From assembly GCA_002633005.1 (NCBI GenBank), contig NMRA01000641.1, forward strand, positions 48,361 to 112,360: DNA of 64,000 nucleotides, in the 5' to 3' direction. The stretch comes from Phoronis australis. Lineage: Eukaryota > Animalia > Phoronida. This document shows, in pieces, positions 1 through 13,228 of the stretch; position 1 is the stretch's first letter, and every line of letters begins with the position of its first letter. The position numbers were made by a program, and so were the translations under genes. A model generated the notes under the pieces. It worked only from the letters and a program-made list of their open reading frames with translations, was not told the origin of the DNA and searched no databases.

Positions 1-128
1 GCGTAAAAATGGCGGGAAAATTTTGCGACCTGGCATTTACGAATGCGAGCTGGATTTTGAAAATGCGACCTGGGATTTTGGCTAGGTCGCAAAATGCGAC
101 CTGGCGATTTTAATAGCGTCGAGCCCTG
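1..128. mobile_element. Right end of a hAT-like non-autonomous element
   Basis: Ends in ...gtcgagccctg (CAGGGCTCGAC on the minus strand, a hAT-style terminus). Several subterminal TGCGACCTGG motifs in both orientations. Truncated by the window edge. Confidence 0.5.
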
Positions 129-423
129 ATGACCCACTGATACTGATAGTGAAAACTTCCGCACCCTTACACACACGAATCTCCCTATTGTTATATCACA
201 TTTACTCAGTAGCCTTCAAAGCCAGTTAATGTATTAGCAGAGTACTGCATTGTTTCTGTCTTTTAACAAAATACTATCAAACTCAAGAGGCTGTGTGGTC
301 CCTTTCTGCCGCCCTGAGTATGTACCATCCAAACCAGTCGACCAAAGAGCAAATTGCCCGCAGGCGAGTGATTAAGAGAGGCTTTTACATTACTATACTC
401 ACTACAAATTCACTACACTAATT

Positions 424-543
424 GGCACTAGTCGGATATTATGGACCCTGACTTAGAGAACCAGGCAATCACTAAATAACGGCTGTTATTTAGTGGATGA
501 AACTGGTTCTCTGAATCAGGGTCCATTATCACCGACTAGTGCC
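424..543. mobile_element. ~120-bp palindromic MITE
   Basis: GGCACTAGTCGG...CCGACTAGTGCC termini plus internal pairing (ATGGACCCTGA/TCAGGGTCCAT, AGAGAACCAG/CTGGTTCTCT). Confidence 0.7.
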
Positions 544-664
544 CACTAATTTAGTTTACTCAAGGACGGACAGAGTTTTTAATGACACGAATTCTGTGTA
601 AAGTTTAAAAATTTAATTTCACTACTTTTTTACCCACAAGGTGCAAAGTTGTTAGCCAGCCAGC

Positions 665-1300
665 TAGCTGTATGAAGACTGTCGTCAAAATACAGCTAGG
701 TCCCACTACGTGTATTTCTTCCGTAGACCCCGAAATTGCACACAGCCAAGGTAGTTCTGGTTGTCACCGCGCCGTGAAACTTGTATCAACATGTAAAGCT
801 AAAGACCGGACGGTGTGCATGCAAAATCTGGGAGCCAACCGACACTCACCTTGCCCGTTACAGCCGTTTAAGTGAAAAACAATGCAACAAACGTCATTTT
901 CTTGCGTAACTCTCCGCCTTTTCTAACAATGAAAAGTATTTTGTCGTTTTGAAAACAGTACGCTCGTGCCACGCGCACGCGCCATTTCCTTAATTTTTGC
1001 GACATCTCTCGGGAGATGATGATAGCTTGGCAGCAGCAAAATTTCTTCTGAAATTCGATTTTTCGCTATCAAAATTCTAAAACTTATAATGAAGTGAAAC
1101 CAGTTCTGATAATTTGTTGTGACGTGTACGCAACCTCATGAAAGAACAACAGTTGATTGAAGAATCGCCGAAAAAAGAAACTGGCCAATAAGTGACGTAA
1201 TATTTCATCGCGCCGAAAGCCGTCGCTAAAGATCGCTCTACAACTTTAGCAGCAGAATAACGGTAGAACGCCATTTTTGCCAACACCGTTAAATGATTTA
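665..1300. repeat. Dispersed repeat, paralogous to ~49110-49750
   Basis: Shared co-linear blocks such as TAGCTGTATGAAGACT, GTGCATGCAAAATCTGG...CGACACTCACCTTG and CAGCCGTTTAAGTG. Confidence 0.75.
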
Positions 1301-1445
1301 GTTTACTCAAGGAAGACTGTAGTTTTTAATGGCACCAATTTTGTGTCAGATTTAATCTTACCACTTTTTTACCCACATCGGTACAGCTTTGTACCAAGGC
1401 TACAAAGTTGTCTATCTAATACTGCTTTGCCTGGGCAATGAGTAC

Positions 1446-1556
1446 GGCACTGATCGGATAGCGGTTCCTGATTTTGTGAACCAGTTTCATCCACAAAATA
1501 ACGGACAGTGATTGTCTGGTTCTCAAAATCAGGGACCGCTGTATCCGACCAGGGCC
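1446..1556. mobile_element. Diverged, inverted second copy of the 424-543 palindromic MITE
   Basis: GGCACTGATCGGATA...TATCCGACCAGGGCC; shares the CCAGTTTCATCCAC...AATAAC core with 424-543 in the opposite orientation. Confidence 0.6.
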
Positions 1557-2741
1557 AATGGCAATGTCAATGAACGACTAAACTTATCACTACTCACTGG
1601 TAATGACGTATTGCCAAGTAAAGAAGCAAGCTGATTGCGATTAAAATAACATTATTTTAAATCAACACATACCGGTGGAGTGTCTGTCCCACTGTATGAC
1701 TCTTCAGATTCGGATTCGGACATGTCTACACTTTTGAAGAGGGCAATCTAACACGTAAGGAACAAAAGCTTTGTGTCGGCAAAATCTGGCGCGGTTTCGG
1801 TCGGTTCGTGAGTAGCATACTCTCAAACCTCATGACGCTTAGACAATGATTTTTGGACAATTGAAGGCTAAATAGCTACTTTCTACAACTAATAACGTGC
1901 ATAAATAAGTCATGCGAATACTTTATGACTGTATTTGCTAAATACATTCTGTGCTTTGTAACATACACTAACTACATAACTCTTAGAGACTACATTTCTG
2001 AAAGAGGTCAGTCAATAGGTAGCGTGACCGAGTCGGCTCCAATGAGCTAGCTATATTTATCTCATTGGTCGGCTCACAAGAACTTTGAACGACATGTTGC
2101 CAGGACGAGTCTGCCCAAAAATAGTTTAAACAAAGAATGGTTAACGGTTTCAAATTGAGATTGAGCAACGAAAACAGCACTTAGTTTGGCCCACTGTAAT
2201 AGTGACCGGGGGTCATAGTGAACTCGTCACACCTTCCTTGGGTTGAGTTCAGATACCTCGCGGCGAGAAAAATATCGCATATCTGCTCTTTTTGAACCCG
2301 GCTACATAGCCAATGCAATGTCTCTCAAAATGTGCTTTCTTAGCCAGACACTAGGCATAGTGTTACTGAATTCTAAACAGAGACCGAATTCGCCTTTGCC
2401 TTATGGTGGGCTGCAGTTGCCCACTGCAAATCCGCCATTGAATAGGCAGAATGAAATGTCCTGATTGAAATAATATAACATAACAGCTAAAGAAAAGCTG
2501 AATAGGAACTCTAGCCATGATATCATGGTCCTATACCGCACTAGGGCTATAGCATGGGCGGCGCACCATAGGGGGCTGGGAGGTTATANGGCACAGTGGT
2601 CGGCAGGAGGTGCACTCACCTCTTTTTCAGTGCTGCGCCGCCCACGTAGATGGTAAGCGTTCACCCCGCCCTAGTGATTCCGCTGTGCAGCTAGTTGCGC
2701 CAAGGCTTCGGTTGCCCTTGCTAGCCTTGGTAGAAAGCTTA

Positions 2742-2784
2742 TGTATATACATATACATATACATACACATATATATACACATAT

Positions 2785-2841
<57 letters not shown>
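2742..2841. repeat. Compound (TA)n/(TACA)n/(CA)n microsatellite
   Basis: Read directly from the sequence. Confidence 0.95.
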
Positions 2842-2860
2842 ATATCCCACGACTGAGACA

Positions 2861-3118
2861 CCCTTACGAAAAATTCTAATGGGATTTTCTATTGGATTCC
2901 TATAGGAAATCCTATAGAAATTCCTAAGTTTTGGTCCAATATCCTAGAGCGATTCTATAGAATTTCGTATAGGATTCCTATAGGAATCCAATTGGCCCAA
3001 TAGGCCTATCCTATCATGATAGGATTTCCTATCCAATAGGAATCAAATTGGATTTTGGCCCAATATCCTTAGTGGATATCAGATTATCCTATAGGAAACC
3101 CTCAGAAATTCTTGTGAG
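2861..3118. mobile_element. MITE-like unit built from TCCTATAGGA/CCAATTGG palindromic sub-repeats (copy at ~4611-4867)
   Basis: Imperfect termini CCCTTACGAAAAATTCT...AGAAATTCTTGTGAG with a dense internal array of palindromic motifs. Confidence 0.5.
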
Positions 3119-3878
3119 ACGTTTAAGACTGAAATCTATTTGGATTTCTTAGCATGACATTTTCAATGCATACAAAATACAATAAAGCAACAGTGTTTTC
3201 AACAAAACAAATTCAGCTGGATCACAGGTAACCTCAAAGTTGTTGTACGCGGAATAAGGTCGAGTATTTATCCCATGCGCTTCGAATTCCTAAGTTTCTT
3301 ACATTTTTTCGGCAGATTTTTCAAATACTTCACCCAGACTGTTCACATGGCGGATCACATCCTATGTGTGTACTTGCGCGTTAGGTTGCAAGTTTTCTCT
3401 TGTAAAAGAAACAGTTTTAAAAGTAACGATTTATTTCTTCAAAAGAGGTAACAAAGATGAATACAACAGTTACTGTGCAGTGAACTTGTTACACTAAAGC
3501 AACAATATTTGATGTTTTAGTTTCCTAGGAATGGGCTCCTGAGTTGCAGACGATATAGTATTCAGCAATTGAAAATTGAGACATAAGTGTCTTATAATTA
3601 ACAGTTTTGTTCCAGATTATACGTTTAGGGCCTGGTTGCATGGCGACTGTTAGCTACTCTGCTGCAACTGTATTACTTTAAACTGTATTCGGAAATACGT
3701 CGAGTCGACATATGACCTACCTTTTGAACTTTCCATGTCAGAGGTCACTGTTGAAGTAGTGCGTTAGGTGANTCCGCCACTGTATTACATGGCCGTCTTT
3801 CCCTCGACAGATTCAACGCGTATGGGATAATAACCCATTTCGTTATCTCACTAGTGAGATAACATTTTGGCGGGAAAC

Positions 3879-3947
3879 CGAGGCCGGTTTCGAACCCGGG
3901 CCTCAAAGTTTCGAGTCGCCGACTTTACCACTTCATCACTCAGCTGC
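3879..3947 (-). other. tRNA-like (Pol III A/B-box) remnant inside the repeat; copy at ~5627-5693
   Basis: Minus strand reads GCTGAGTGATGAAGTGGTAAAGTCGGCGACTCGAAAC...GGGTTCGAAACCGGCCTCG, with A-box-like and B-box-like motifs at tRNA spacing. The cloverleaf is imperfect. Confidence 0.4.
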
Positions 3948-6298
3948 TGACGTCATCGAACGCACGCGCAACAATCGCATGTTCAGCAAAGGGCATTGTA
4001 CCGACATTTATACGCTATGAAAAATAAGACGCATAATTTCCATAAAAACGATATTTTAATTCAGTGAAATTTTTCTCTCGTGTTCTCTAACTTGTAAATC
4101 ACGTATCTCCAATTTCAATGCGGGTATCGTGTTGCCGGGATCCTTTGACTTCAGCATTATAGTCAGTTACTAGTGGTAACCTACTTTAGCAGACGATATT
4201 TTCCCGGTCGAAGCCTAACGTGATAAAATGTGTAGTAAGCTATAATAGTGGCTAAACCTTAATTTATAGATTCACTTTATTTCTATTTTGTTTAAATTTT
4301 GAATTGGTTTTGAGTAAAAGCATTATTTGACAAAAATAGCTCGGCTTTTCTTAAAATGTCACGACTTCCCGACCCGGGCCTCTGACATAGGAAGTAGTTA
4401 CGAAGTCGAGGAGAGTCGAGAAAGGTAGCCTTGCAATGTTTCTCGTTCAGTATGTGGTATAAATAGATTATGGATTTTGTAGAATTATCACCCTCGGGGC
4501 TAACGGCCCTCGCGATAATTCTCCAAAATCCACTCGGACTCTAGATAACGGATCATTACGACTNCACACACACACACACAAACATGAAATAATATCCCAC
4601 GACTGAGACACCCTTACGAAAAATTCTCAAATGGGATTTTCTATTGGATTCCTATAGGAAATCCTATAGAAATTCCTATATTTTGGTCCAATATCCTAGA
4701 GCGATTCTATAGAATTTCGTATCGAGGATTCCTATAGGAATCCAATTGGCCGAATATCCTATCATGATAGGATTTCCTATCCAATAGGAATCCAATTGGA
4801 TTTTGGCCCAATATCCTTAGTGGATATCGGATTATCCTATAGGAAACCCTCAGAAATTCTTGTGAGACGTTTAAGACTGAAATCTATTTGGATTTCCTAG
4901 CATGACATTTTAATGCATACAAAATACAATAAAGCAACAGTGTTTTCAACAAAACAAATTCAGCTGGATCACAGGTAACCTCAGAGTTGTTGTACGCGGA
5001 ATAAGGTCGAGTATTTATCCCATGTGCTTCGAATTCCTAAGTTTCTTACATTTTCCGGCAGATTTTTCAAATACTTCACCCAGACTGTTCACATGGCGGA
5101 TCACATCCTATGTGTGTACTTGCGCGTTAGGTTGCAAGTTTTTTCTTGTAAAAGATGAGTTTTAAAAGTAACGATTTATTTCTTCAAAAGAGGAAACAAA
5201 GATGAATACAACAGTTACTGTGCAGTGAACTTGTAACACTAAAGCAACAATATTTGATGTTTTAGTTTCCTATGAATCGGCTCCTGAGTTGCAGACGATA
5301 TAGTATTCAGCAATTGAAAATTGAGACATAAGTGTCTTATAATTAACAGTTTTGTTCCAGATTTTACGTTTAGGGCCTGGTTGCATGGCGACTGTTAGCT
5401 ACTCTGCTGCAACTGTATTACTTTAAACTATATTCGGAAACACGTCGAGTCGACATATGACCTACCTTTTGAACTTTCCATGTCAGAGGTCACTGTTGAA
5501 GTAGTGCGTTAGGTGAATTCGGAAAACTTTATTACATGGCCGTCTTTCCCTCGACAGATTCAACGCGTATGGGATAATAACCCATTTAGTTATCTCACTA
5601 GTGAGATAACATTTTGGCGGGAAATCGAGGCCGGTTTCGAACCCGGGCCTCAAAGTTTCGAGTCGCCGACTTTACCACTTCATCACTCAGCTGCTGACGT
5701 CATCGAACGCACGCGCATTGTACCGACATTAATACGCTATGAAAAATAAGACGCATAATTTCCATAAAAACGATATTTTAATTCAGTGAAATTTTTCTCT
5801 CGTGTTCTCTAACTTGTAAGTCACCGATCTCCAATTTGAATGCGGGTATCGTGTCGCCGGGATCCTTTGACTTGAGCATTATAGTCAGTTACTAGTGGTA
5901 ACCTACTTTAGCAGACAATATTTTCCCGGGCGAAGCCTAGCGTAATAAAATGTGTAGTAAGCTATAATAGTTGCTAAACCTTAATTTATAGATTCACTTT
6001 ATTTCTATTTTGTTTAAATTTTGAATTGGTTTTAAGTAAAAGCATTATTTGACAAAAATAGCTCGGCTTTTCTTAAAATGTCACGACTTCCGACCCCGGG
6101 CCTCTGACATAGGAAGTAGTTAGAAAGTCGAGGAGAGTCGAGAAAGGTAGCCTTGCAATGTTTCTCGTTCAGTATGTGGTATAAATAGATTATGGATTTT
6201 GTAGAATTATCACCCTCGGGGCTAACGCCCCTCGCGATAATTCTCCAAAATCCACTCGGACTCTAGATAACGGATCATTACGACTTCGCCATGTAATA

Positions 6299-6299
<1 letters not shown>

Positions 6300-6346
<47 letters not shown>
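6300..6346. repeat. (GT)n microsatellite
   Basis: Read directly from the sequence. Confidence 0.95.
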
Positions 6347-6348
<2 letters not shown>

Positions 6349-7707
6349 CATTGAAAACACGACTTTGATCTGTTTTTACTGGTTTAATTTCAGTTCTTTT
6401 CAACTCTCTAAATAGAGATCTTGTCTTTACATCACAATAGCGCAATAAGAATCCAAACAACATCAGTAGGTAACATAATTTAAAAAGCGATAGTTCGAGA
6501 CACATATCTCATGTTCAGGCTACTATTTACAACTAGTTCTCAGTGAAACGCACACCAGAAATGACAAATGCAATATAACACGTGAAGTTGGCATGCACAA
6601 CTATGTGCGCTAGTGATTAGACTCGAGTCTTTAGGGGCTCCTCACAGAGAGATGGCCCAATGATGGAATCAGTTGCCACTATTTTCTGTTTTTGTTAAAT
6701 TTTACAACTTTTTATGCTTAACGAAAGTTGAACCATCACTAAGTTGGAAGGTCACACTATGAATTAACTGCAAGTCTTTTTCAGTTTTAATGGCATTTAG
6801 CCTTTGATATTTTAATATAATGTTTTAAAACAAATGCCCTTTCAGACAGGATACTCTCTCGGAGGAGCGGTCCCTCTATAAATCCGGTACCGTAGGTCGG
6901 CGGCACGACGATTTTCGGGCGGGTTTTAGCAAATGTCCTTTGTCCCTGTTCGACTATAGTTTAATAATTGCAACAAGAGTTCCATCAATTTATCCTTCCA
7001 ATTAAACTAACCTCTTGTCAGAAACCTGCATCTATTTTATTTGTATGCAACCGTGAGAAACGTGAAAACACCTCTCACTACGTGCACTTGAGTGTGCAGC
7101 TTGTCAGTGAAGTGCGCCGGCCGACTTACGAAAGGAAACAAGTCTTACAGTTCTTATTGTGTCAAAATCTGTAACTGTTATTACTGAATACGATTTCAAA
7201 TCGTCTAACGGCGGTGGATCAACGTCTGCTCCAAGGTGCCGACGGATTTCTTCAGGCAACAACTCGCAGGCCTGTTCTCTGTCATTGCAATCAGTCGGAC
7301 GACGATGTTAGCCTTAACGTTTTTTGAAATTATAAGCTCCCGGGAGCGATTAAGAGGCAAGTAGTTGAGTACACGTTGAATTTCTGTACAATGTAGAAAT
7401 ACACCGCTTGGAGTTTGGTAAATATTGTAAAAGATTTCTCCATCATATTTCAGCAAAACAAATCTGCAGCTGAGGTCACGAACAACTCAATCGAGTCATC
7501 TTTTTGCTGAGTGACGATCTGACTCTCGACTTTCATTTTCAGTATTTTTAAGTGCACAGTTGACCTCGGAGTTGGGGACTATCCATGTAATCTCATAGCC
7601 GACCACGTGACTTACATGTATTTCAACAATGACCATATATATACTAATGTTGTCCGTCGGTTTTAAATCTTTATATCGTATTTATTTGGATGAAATATGT
7701 ATGTGTT

Positions 7708-7748
7708 CGTGTGTGCGTGCGTGCGTGCGTGCGTGCGTGTGTGTGTGT
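7708..7748. repeat. (GCGT)n/(GT)n microsatellite
   Basis: Read directly from the sequence. Confidence 0.9.
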
Positions 7749-8010
7749 CAGTTTGTATTTCAGGAATTACCCACCCTTCAGTGCGACACAAAAACCAATT
7801 CAACTGAACCATTATCTCTTTCGCGTAAGTGTCAATTATTTTGATGAATACAATGCTTGCGCCCTGGAAAATAAGAGCAAATAGACAAATCTATCGTCAA
7901 CTGTCCATGAAATGGTATGAAGTGACTCGCAGCAATGACAAGTTAACAGCTCTGTCAGGTGTAAAGAGCACTGCACTGATAATTAAAAACGTAATGATGC
8001 CGAGATAAAA

Positions 8011-8066
8011 TTTTCTACCGGTACACAGATAGAGTTTAAAAACTCTATCTGTGTACCGGTAGAAAA
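8011..8066. repeat. Perfect inverted repeat, 27-bp arms with a 2-nt loop
   Basis: TTTTCTACCGGTACACAGATAGAGTTT-AA-AAACTCTATCTGTGTACCGGTAGAAAA. Confidence 0.95.
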
Positions 8067-10840
8067 ATAAGGAAATTCTAACTCATTTCACACCGGAACG
8101 CTTCAAATTTCTTAAACGAATATTTGAATTAACAATCGCATCAAGTATGGGTTTACGATGTTTGTGAGGTACTTTCACAACTATGACGTCACCCAATTTT
8201 CAAGATAAAATCTCAAAAACTCTGTTACAGTTTTCTAAATTATCGCTGCCTCGCTTTGGACTTATGCAACTTTATTTTTTTCTTAAAAATCGTTTATGTC
8301 CTATTTTTGGTACCTTCCGTTGTAGAGCAGTTTATCAAGCTTCATGTGAATCTGATCGGCCATTTATGAAGTATGCAAGACTGACAACCTGAAATAAGAA
8401 CCACAAGTAGTCCTGAAATGTCATATTCTTTAACATTAGTCATTGTCTGAAATGGGGTGTAAACTTTATTTAAACCGTCCAAGATTATCGAGACTACAAA
8501 AAACGAATTGTCTACTGTATAACATAAGTAAATTGTCAGTTTTTTTCACTATTAAACAGGTCTGGGGCGCTTAATTCCCCTGCATAATCAAAAAGTTAAG
8601 AAATTATTGCTCAAAACAGATATGATAAATATTACCAGAAATCAGAATTTCCAAAAATTCAGTTGTGTCGTGAAGGCGATTTCACGACTTTTATTCTTCT
8701 TCGTCAATTTGACGAAAATGTGAGTGAAATCAACACAGTAACTGTTATACGGAACACTAGAAAAATGCCCAAATTGGACTAAGTTGATAACATCATATCT
8801 GATCAGATTCACACAAAACGTTCAAATACTTTGCTAACTGTTAGGAATTGTATTTAAAATATTCCAATTCTACATAAGGGGCTATCAAATATCGGATAAT
8901 TTTTTGAAAAAAATAAAATGCTGCATAAAATGAGAACGAAATGATAATTTTAAAGTTCTTTGAACATTTATATCGAAGGAAATTTGGTCCTGTTATTGAT
9001 ACCGTTGTGTCACGTGACTTTTAACGAGACGACTTAGGCATGTAACTAAATAATATTTTAATTGCTCAAGATTGCACAAACTTTTAAAAAACGAAGGAAT
9101 TTATGATGCAAATTGTAAAGCAGAGTTGGCTTACATGTATCAAACCGAAAACAATGTTCTGACACCGTCTACTCAAAGTTTACACTTCCCGGTCATCTTC
9201 TCGGTGTAGGTCTGAACAGCCTCACTGCGTCCGCTGCCCGTCGACCATTTTGTCGCGGTCTTCGCAAGGTTAGCCGCTCTGTTGGTTACTCAGCATGCAA
9301 AACACATTTGAAACAGCGTCACAGCGTCAGTCAATTTTGTTTGGCCAACATGTACGTTGATGGGTAATAAATCACACGTAAACTAGGAAAAGGACGCATC
9401 GGCAGTGAGCAATTTAATATGAAGCTAATTTTGGTTGAATATAATCCACGCCCGTCTAACACAACTCTCCTTCTTCACCAATGTTTTTCAGAGCCGTGGT
9501 TTTACCGACGCAAATTGTACCCGAACAGGAGCCCTCTCTTATTTTTGCTCGTGCCACGCGAACGCATGGAATACCTGGAATCCGCTCCGGATTTGTTCGA
9601 GTCTGTGTTTGGATCTTAAAATCTCCAAAATCAGACTCGAACACAAGATTTCTGTCTTCTCAAAATCCTTTTCATTGTAGTTTAGACTGTTTGGTTAAGG
9701 TGTACGATAACCGCCTCCTTCTAGAGGCATACTGGAGGGCGTGTGGAAAACAACGTGTTAGGAGCAGTCACGCTGTTTTTGAACAGTCATCTTTTTCGGG
9801 AACACAGAAGTGTGTCTCCTGGCTTACACGGCTCTGCTTTCAAAATTTTATTTCTTCGGCATTAAAAATGTTGCCTTGACCGTCGAGGTTAACTGGATCT
9901 GACGCCTTAAAGGGAGAACGAGATGATGTTGTATCATCATGGCTACTGTAATCAGTTTCTCTAGTGAATTTATCTATCTTTCCAATTAGAGGCGGATTCG
10001 ATTCTAGTCCTTGGTCGTATGTACGTCAATGACGATTCTTAAAGGCATTAATTGACGTTTCTGTATGTGACTCTTTGCCACCTTGTCGCATACTTCATCA
10101 ACTTGCAATTAGCCGTCATTTTCGGTGGGTGCAACGACCCTAGGAGCTGCGTTTCAAACTGTAGCGAACATTATTCATCGCATATATTTGACGTGTGCTT
10201 GTACAACACTATTTGATGGTACATGTACATAGAATGACTTGATAACACTGGGAGACTCGTCCTCGATACTGTTTGATGTTTCTGGCATTTCAAGAGAGCT
10301 TCCAATCTGGGCACAGATTAGATGAACCTGCTTCTGCTTTGCCATTGTTACTTTTAAGGAAATTTTTCATAAAAGACGCAGTTGTTCTCGGAACCAAATT
10401 TGTGTTCGTCATGTTTGCCGATCATCGGTACTAAAATTGCGCGGTATGTTGAAACTGGTCGAAATATTTGAATTTTTGTTTGGAGTCTAGATGACACAAT
10501 TTTTGGTCTTCTGAATACCAAAGTTGGACTGTTTTCTACCATATTTTTAAAGTTAATCTATGTGTTCGGCTTGAATAATTATTTGTGAAACTACTTGGTC
10601 CACCCGGTGTTTTCTGTAGTTCAAGTATGAGAAATTCTCTTGAGATGGAAAAAAACATAGACATCTAAAAGTGATGTCTGTTGAGCAAATCTTGGGAGAC
10701 GCAGACGACTGTAACAGACAATCCCGTGCTCTACGATATATCTGAATCCTGTCTGGTTCGCACTTGTTCTGACCAGCTTCTGATTTTTCGACCTCGTACC
10801 TGACAGTTCGAGGTGCAGTCACTAGGCATGAACGACATAC

Positions 10841-11044
10841 CAGTGGCGGATCTAGGACACAAAAAGGGGGGCCATAATGTTGCTTCGGGGAATTGGGTAA
10901 AGCGCGATTGTATGAGCACGGTCGGCCCGAAAGTTGCTGGGGCCGGGGACGTGGACCTTCTGTTCAGAAAATATTTTGGTGGACCAAAAAAGGGAACACA
11001 ATTCCACCGCGAACTGGGGTATGAGCCCCCCCTTCATCCGCTAT
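10841..11044. mobile_element. hAT-like MITE of the CAGTGGCGGAT...ATCCGC family
   Basis: CAGTGGCGGATCTAG start, G-runs and C-runs, ...CATCCGCTA end. Relatives at ~41757-41912 and 58406-58705. Confidence 0.55.
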
Positions 11045-13228
11045 AGGTCCTAGTTATTGAACTGAATATTTCCTCACGGTTCGCGCTGTTGCGGTTTCAT
11101 TTTGCTTGCATTTTGTGATTAACGTTAAACATAGGATTCGTTTCGCGCTCGTTACTACAGTTGAAAGTTTACATATAACGCGTAAACGACAAAAATTCTA
11201 ATCGATCGTGAAAAGGAATGACATTTGTACGAAATGGAATGAGTTACATTAGAGAAGAACTAAGTTTGAGAAACTACATGTGAATTGCGGCTGGAGATAA
11301 ACGAAATGCACCTCCTTTGAAACGAGTTGCATTATGAGAAAAGTTCACAGTTACTGAAATCGTCCGTGCAGGCAGTGGAACCCATTTTATTTCAAAACAC
11401 GCATTTTTTACATGATTTACATTAAACCTATCTTCTATCAAAGTAACTTGTGGTTGAGGACACAGAGCACTTCCCGTACCTTGATAAAATTTATGTCAAT
11501 ATGTTCCTCACTCATATGAGAAGGGATTGATGGGTTTAGGTAGGCTGATAAATTAAATTAACTAAATGTGCTTGTGCTTTGTATGGTTCTGTACGTTAGC
11601 ATATGTTTGACCAAACGAGCATGGTCAAATAACAATAATGAAAAATTTAGTTGAACTTGTTGTGTTTTAGACTTTCATTTTTTCAAAGTATTGTACAGTG
11701 TCTATTTTGTGGGCAATAAACGAGAATGAGTTGCGTCATTCCTTCACAAAATGTTATATTATTAAGTAGCTTATTTTTTCTCAGGACATGTTAGGTGAGC
11801 TTTAAAGGGTTCTATGCGTGAAACGTTTTATTATACACTGGAATGCGAAACACCAAAGTTTGTTATCATACACATTCTGAAGAAATAATAAACGTGTTAT
11901 GTTATTCTGCTCGGTGGTGGCTTCGTTCGGAAAAATATTGTATACGGTAACAAAGTAATGAGTGAGGAACACTTTTCACAGAAATGTTGAAACGTGAACT
12001 GGATAATTTTCAAAAACGGATATTTCACAAAAGTGACGTTCTCAGTGTGTAGAAGTAATTCTGCATGCACCAATATAAAGTGCTAAATGGTCTCCTAGCA
12101 ATGACAAGGTGGGTCATGATAAGCTTTGGCTAATGAAAACTATAACAGCGTTATTTTCCCCACTTTTCTAAAGATCAAAAGATCCTCTTACATACGAGAC
12201 GGTGCGAGAAGTAATCTTTAACAAAAATGAAAACAGGTAAATGCGTTCACTTAGTGCCTTTAGTTTCTAAATGGCAAAATATGATCTTTCAAAAACGAAA
12301 AGAAGTGGAAAAGAGAAACTTTCACATAATTGGGAAAATGTAGATGGGCTCCTTCTCTATTCTGTGAAAGTCATCTCTAAAAATAGGAAAGTTACCTGAA
12401 AGACAGCCTTTCAAGAAGTTGGAAATATTTAAAATGATTCTCTTTCACCATATTAACCAGTCAAAGGTCATCTGTCAAAGTCAAACAGGTTGTAGAAAAA
12501 TAACGTTTCATAGAATTGAAAAGATACAAATAGGTTCATTTTTCACTTTATAAAATGTACAGAAATGCATATCTGTTTCGAGCTTGCGTAGGAAAGGCTG
12601 ATAAAGAGAAACAAAATGTAATCTTTTGTTCACCTTTTCGTGGTTGTAAAAGTCAAAGTTTCGTGCAGTGCCTGGGAACGAAGTGAAGTAACATGAAGCT
12701 GACAAGTAGCTTAAAGGGTATTATTCATGTTCTTCATGGATGATCATTCATATTACATATTTGCAATGTTGCAGTACTGAAAATACAGTGCATTTTTAAT
12801 TTATTTGATATAAATGTTCTTAAAGATTCATACACCAAGTTTTAGCTGAAAAAAAATTTTGAACACCATTTTGCTCTGTTCAGTTTGTACAAACTGAAGG
12901 TCAAGAAGTTACAAGATACACGTGCAATCTCTATAACGGTTTAATTATCCACGATAAGAAATTAGCTCGCGTCGACCTGAAAGAGAGCAGTCATAAAAAT
13001 CCGTAGATCATAAAAATAAGATCATAACATGCGCGCACCCAGAGGGGGAGGGGGCTCGAACGAGCCCCCCATTTGGCGAAACGGTCCGCAATCGAGAGAC
13101 AAAAAGTCCGAGAAAATGGGACAAATGTCCATTAAAGAACACGGGGGTGCTCCCGTTTTTTTAGTCTAACCGCTCTTTTGGTAGCAAAAGGCCAGCAACG
13201 TCAGGAATTCGAGCCCCCCATATTGAAG

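Larger units (their letters stand above)
2841..6283. repeat. ~1.7-kb near-identical direct duplication (2841-4563 / 4591-6283), probably two haplotypes joined at N4564
   Basis: Both copies start AATATCCCACGACTGAGACACCCTTACG and end GATCATTACGACT. A single N lies at the junction. Confidence 0.85.

Noticed and set aside
2610-2879. ORFs with YIYI/HTHT/CVCV runs (also 6278-6505, 7629-7884)
   Set aside because: Translations of microsatellites.
3879-3947. Functional tRNA gene
   Set aside because: Acceptor and D stems do not pair convincingly and it is embedded in a repeat; kept only as a tRNA-like remnant.
9456-9644. SGTICVGKTT P-loop-like motif
   Set aside because: Short ORF with no downstream NTPase motifs; could be chance. 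The 9400-10800 region may be decayed coding sequence but I could not assign it.
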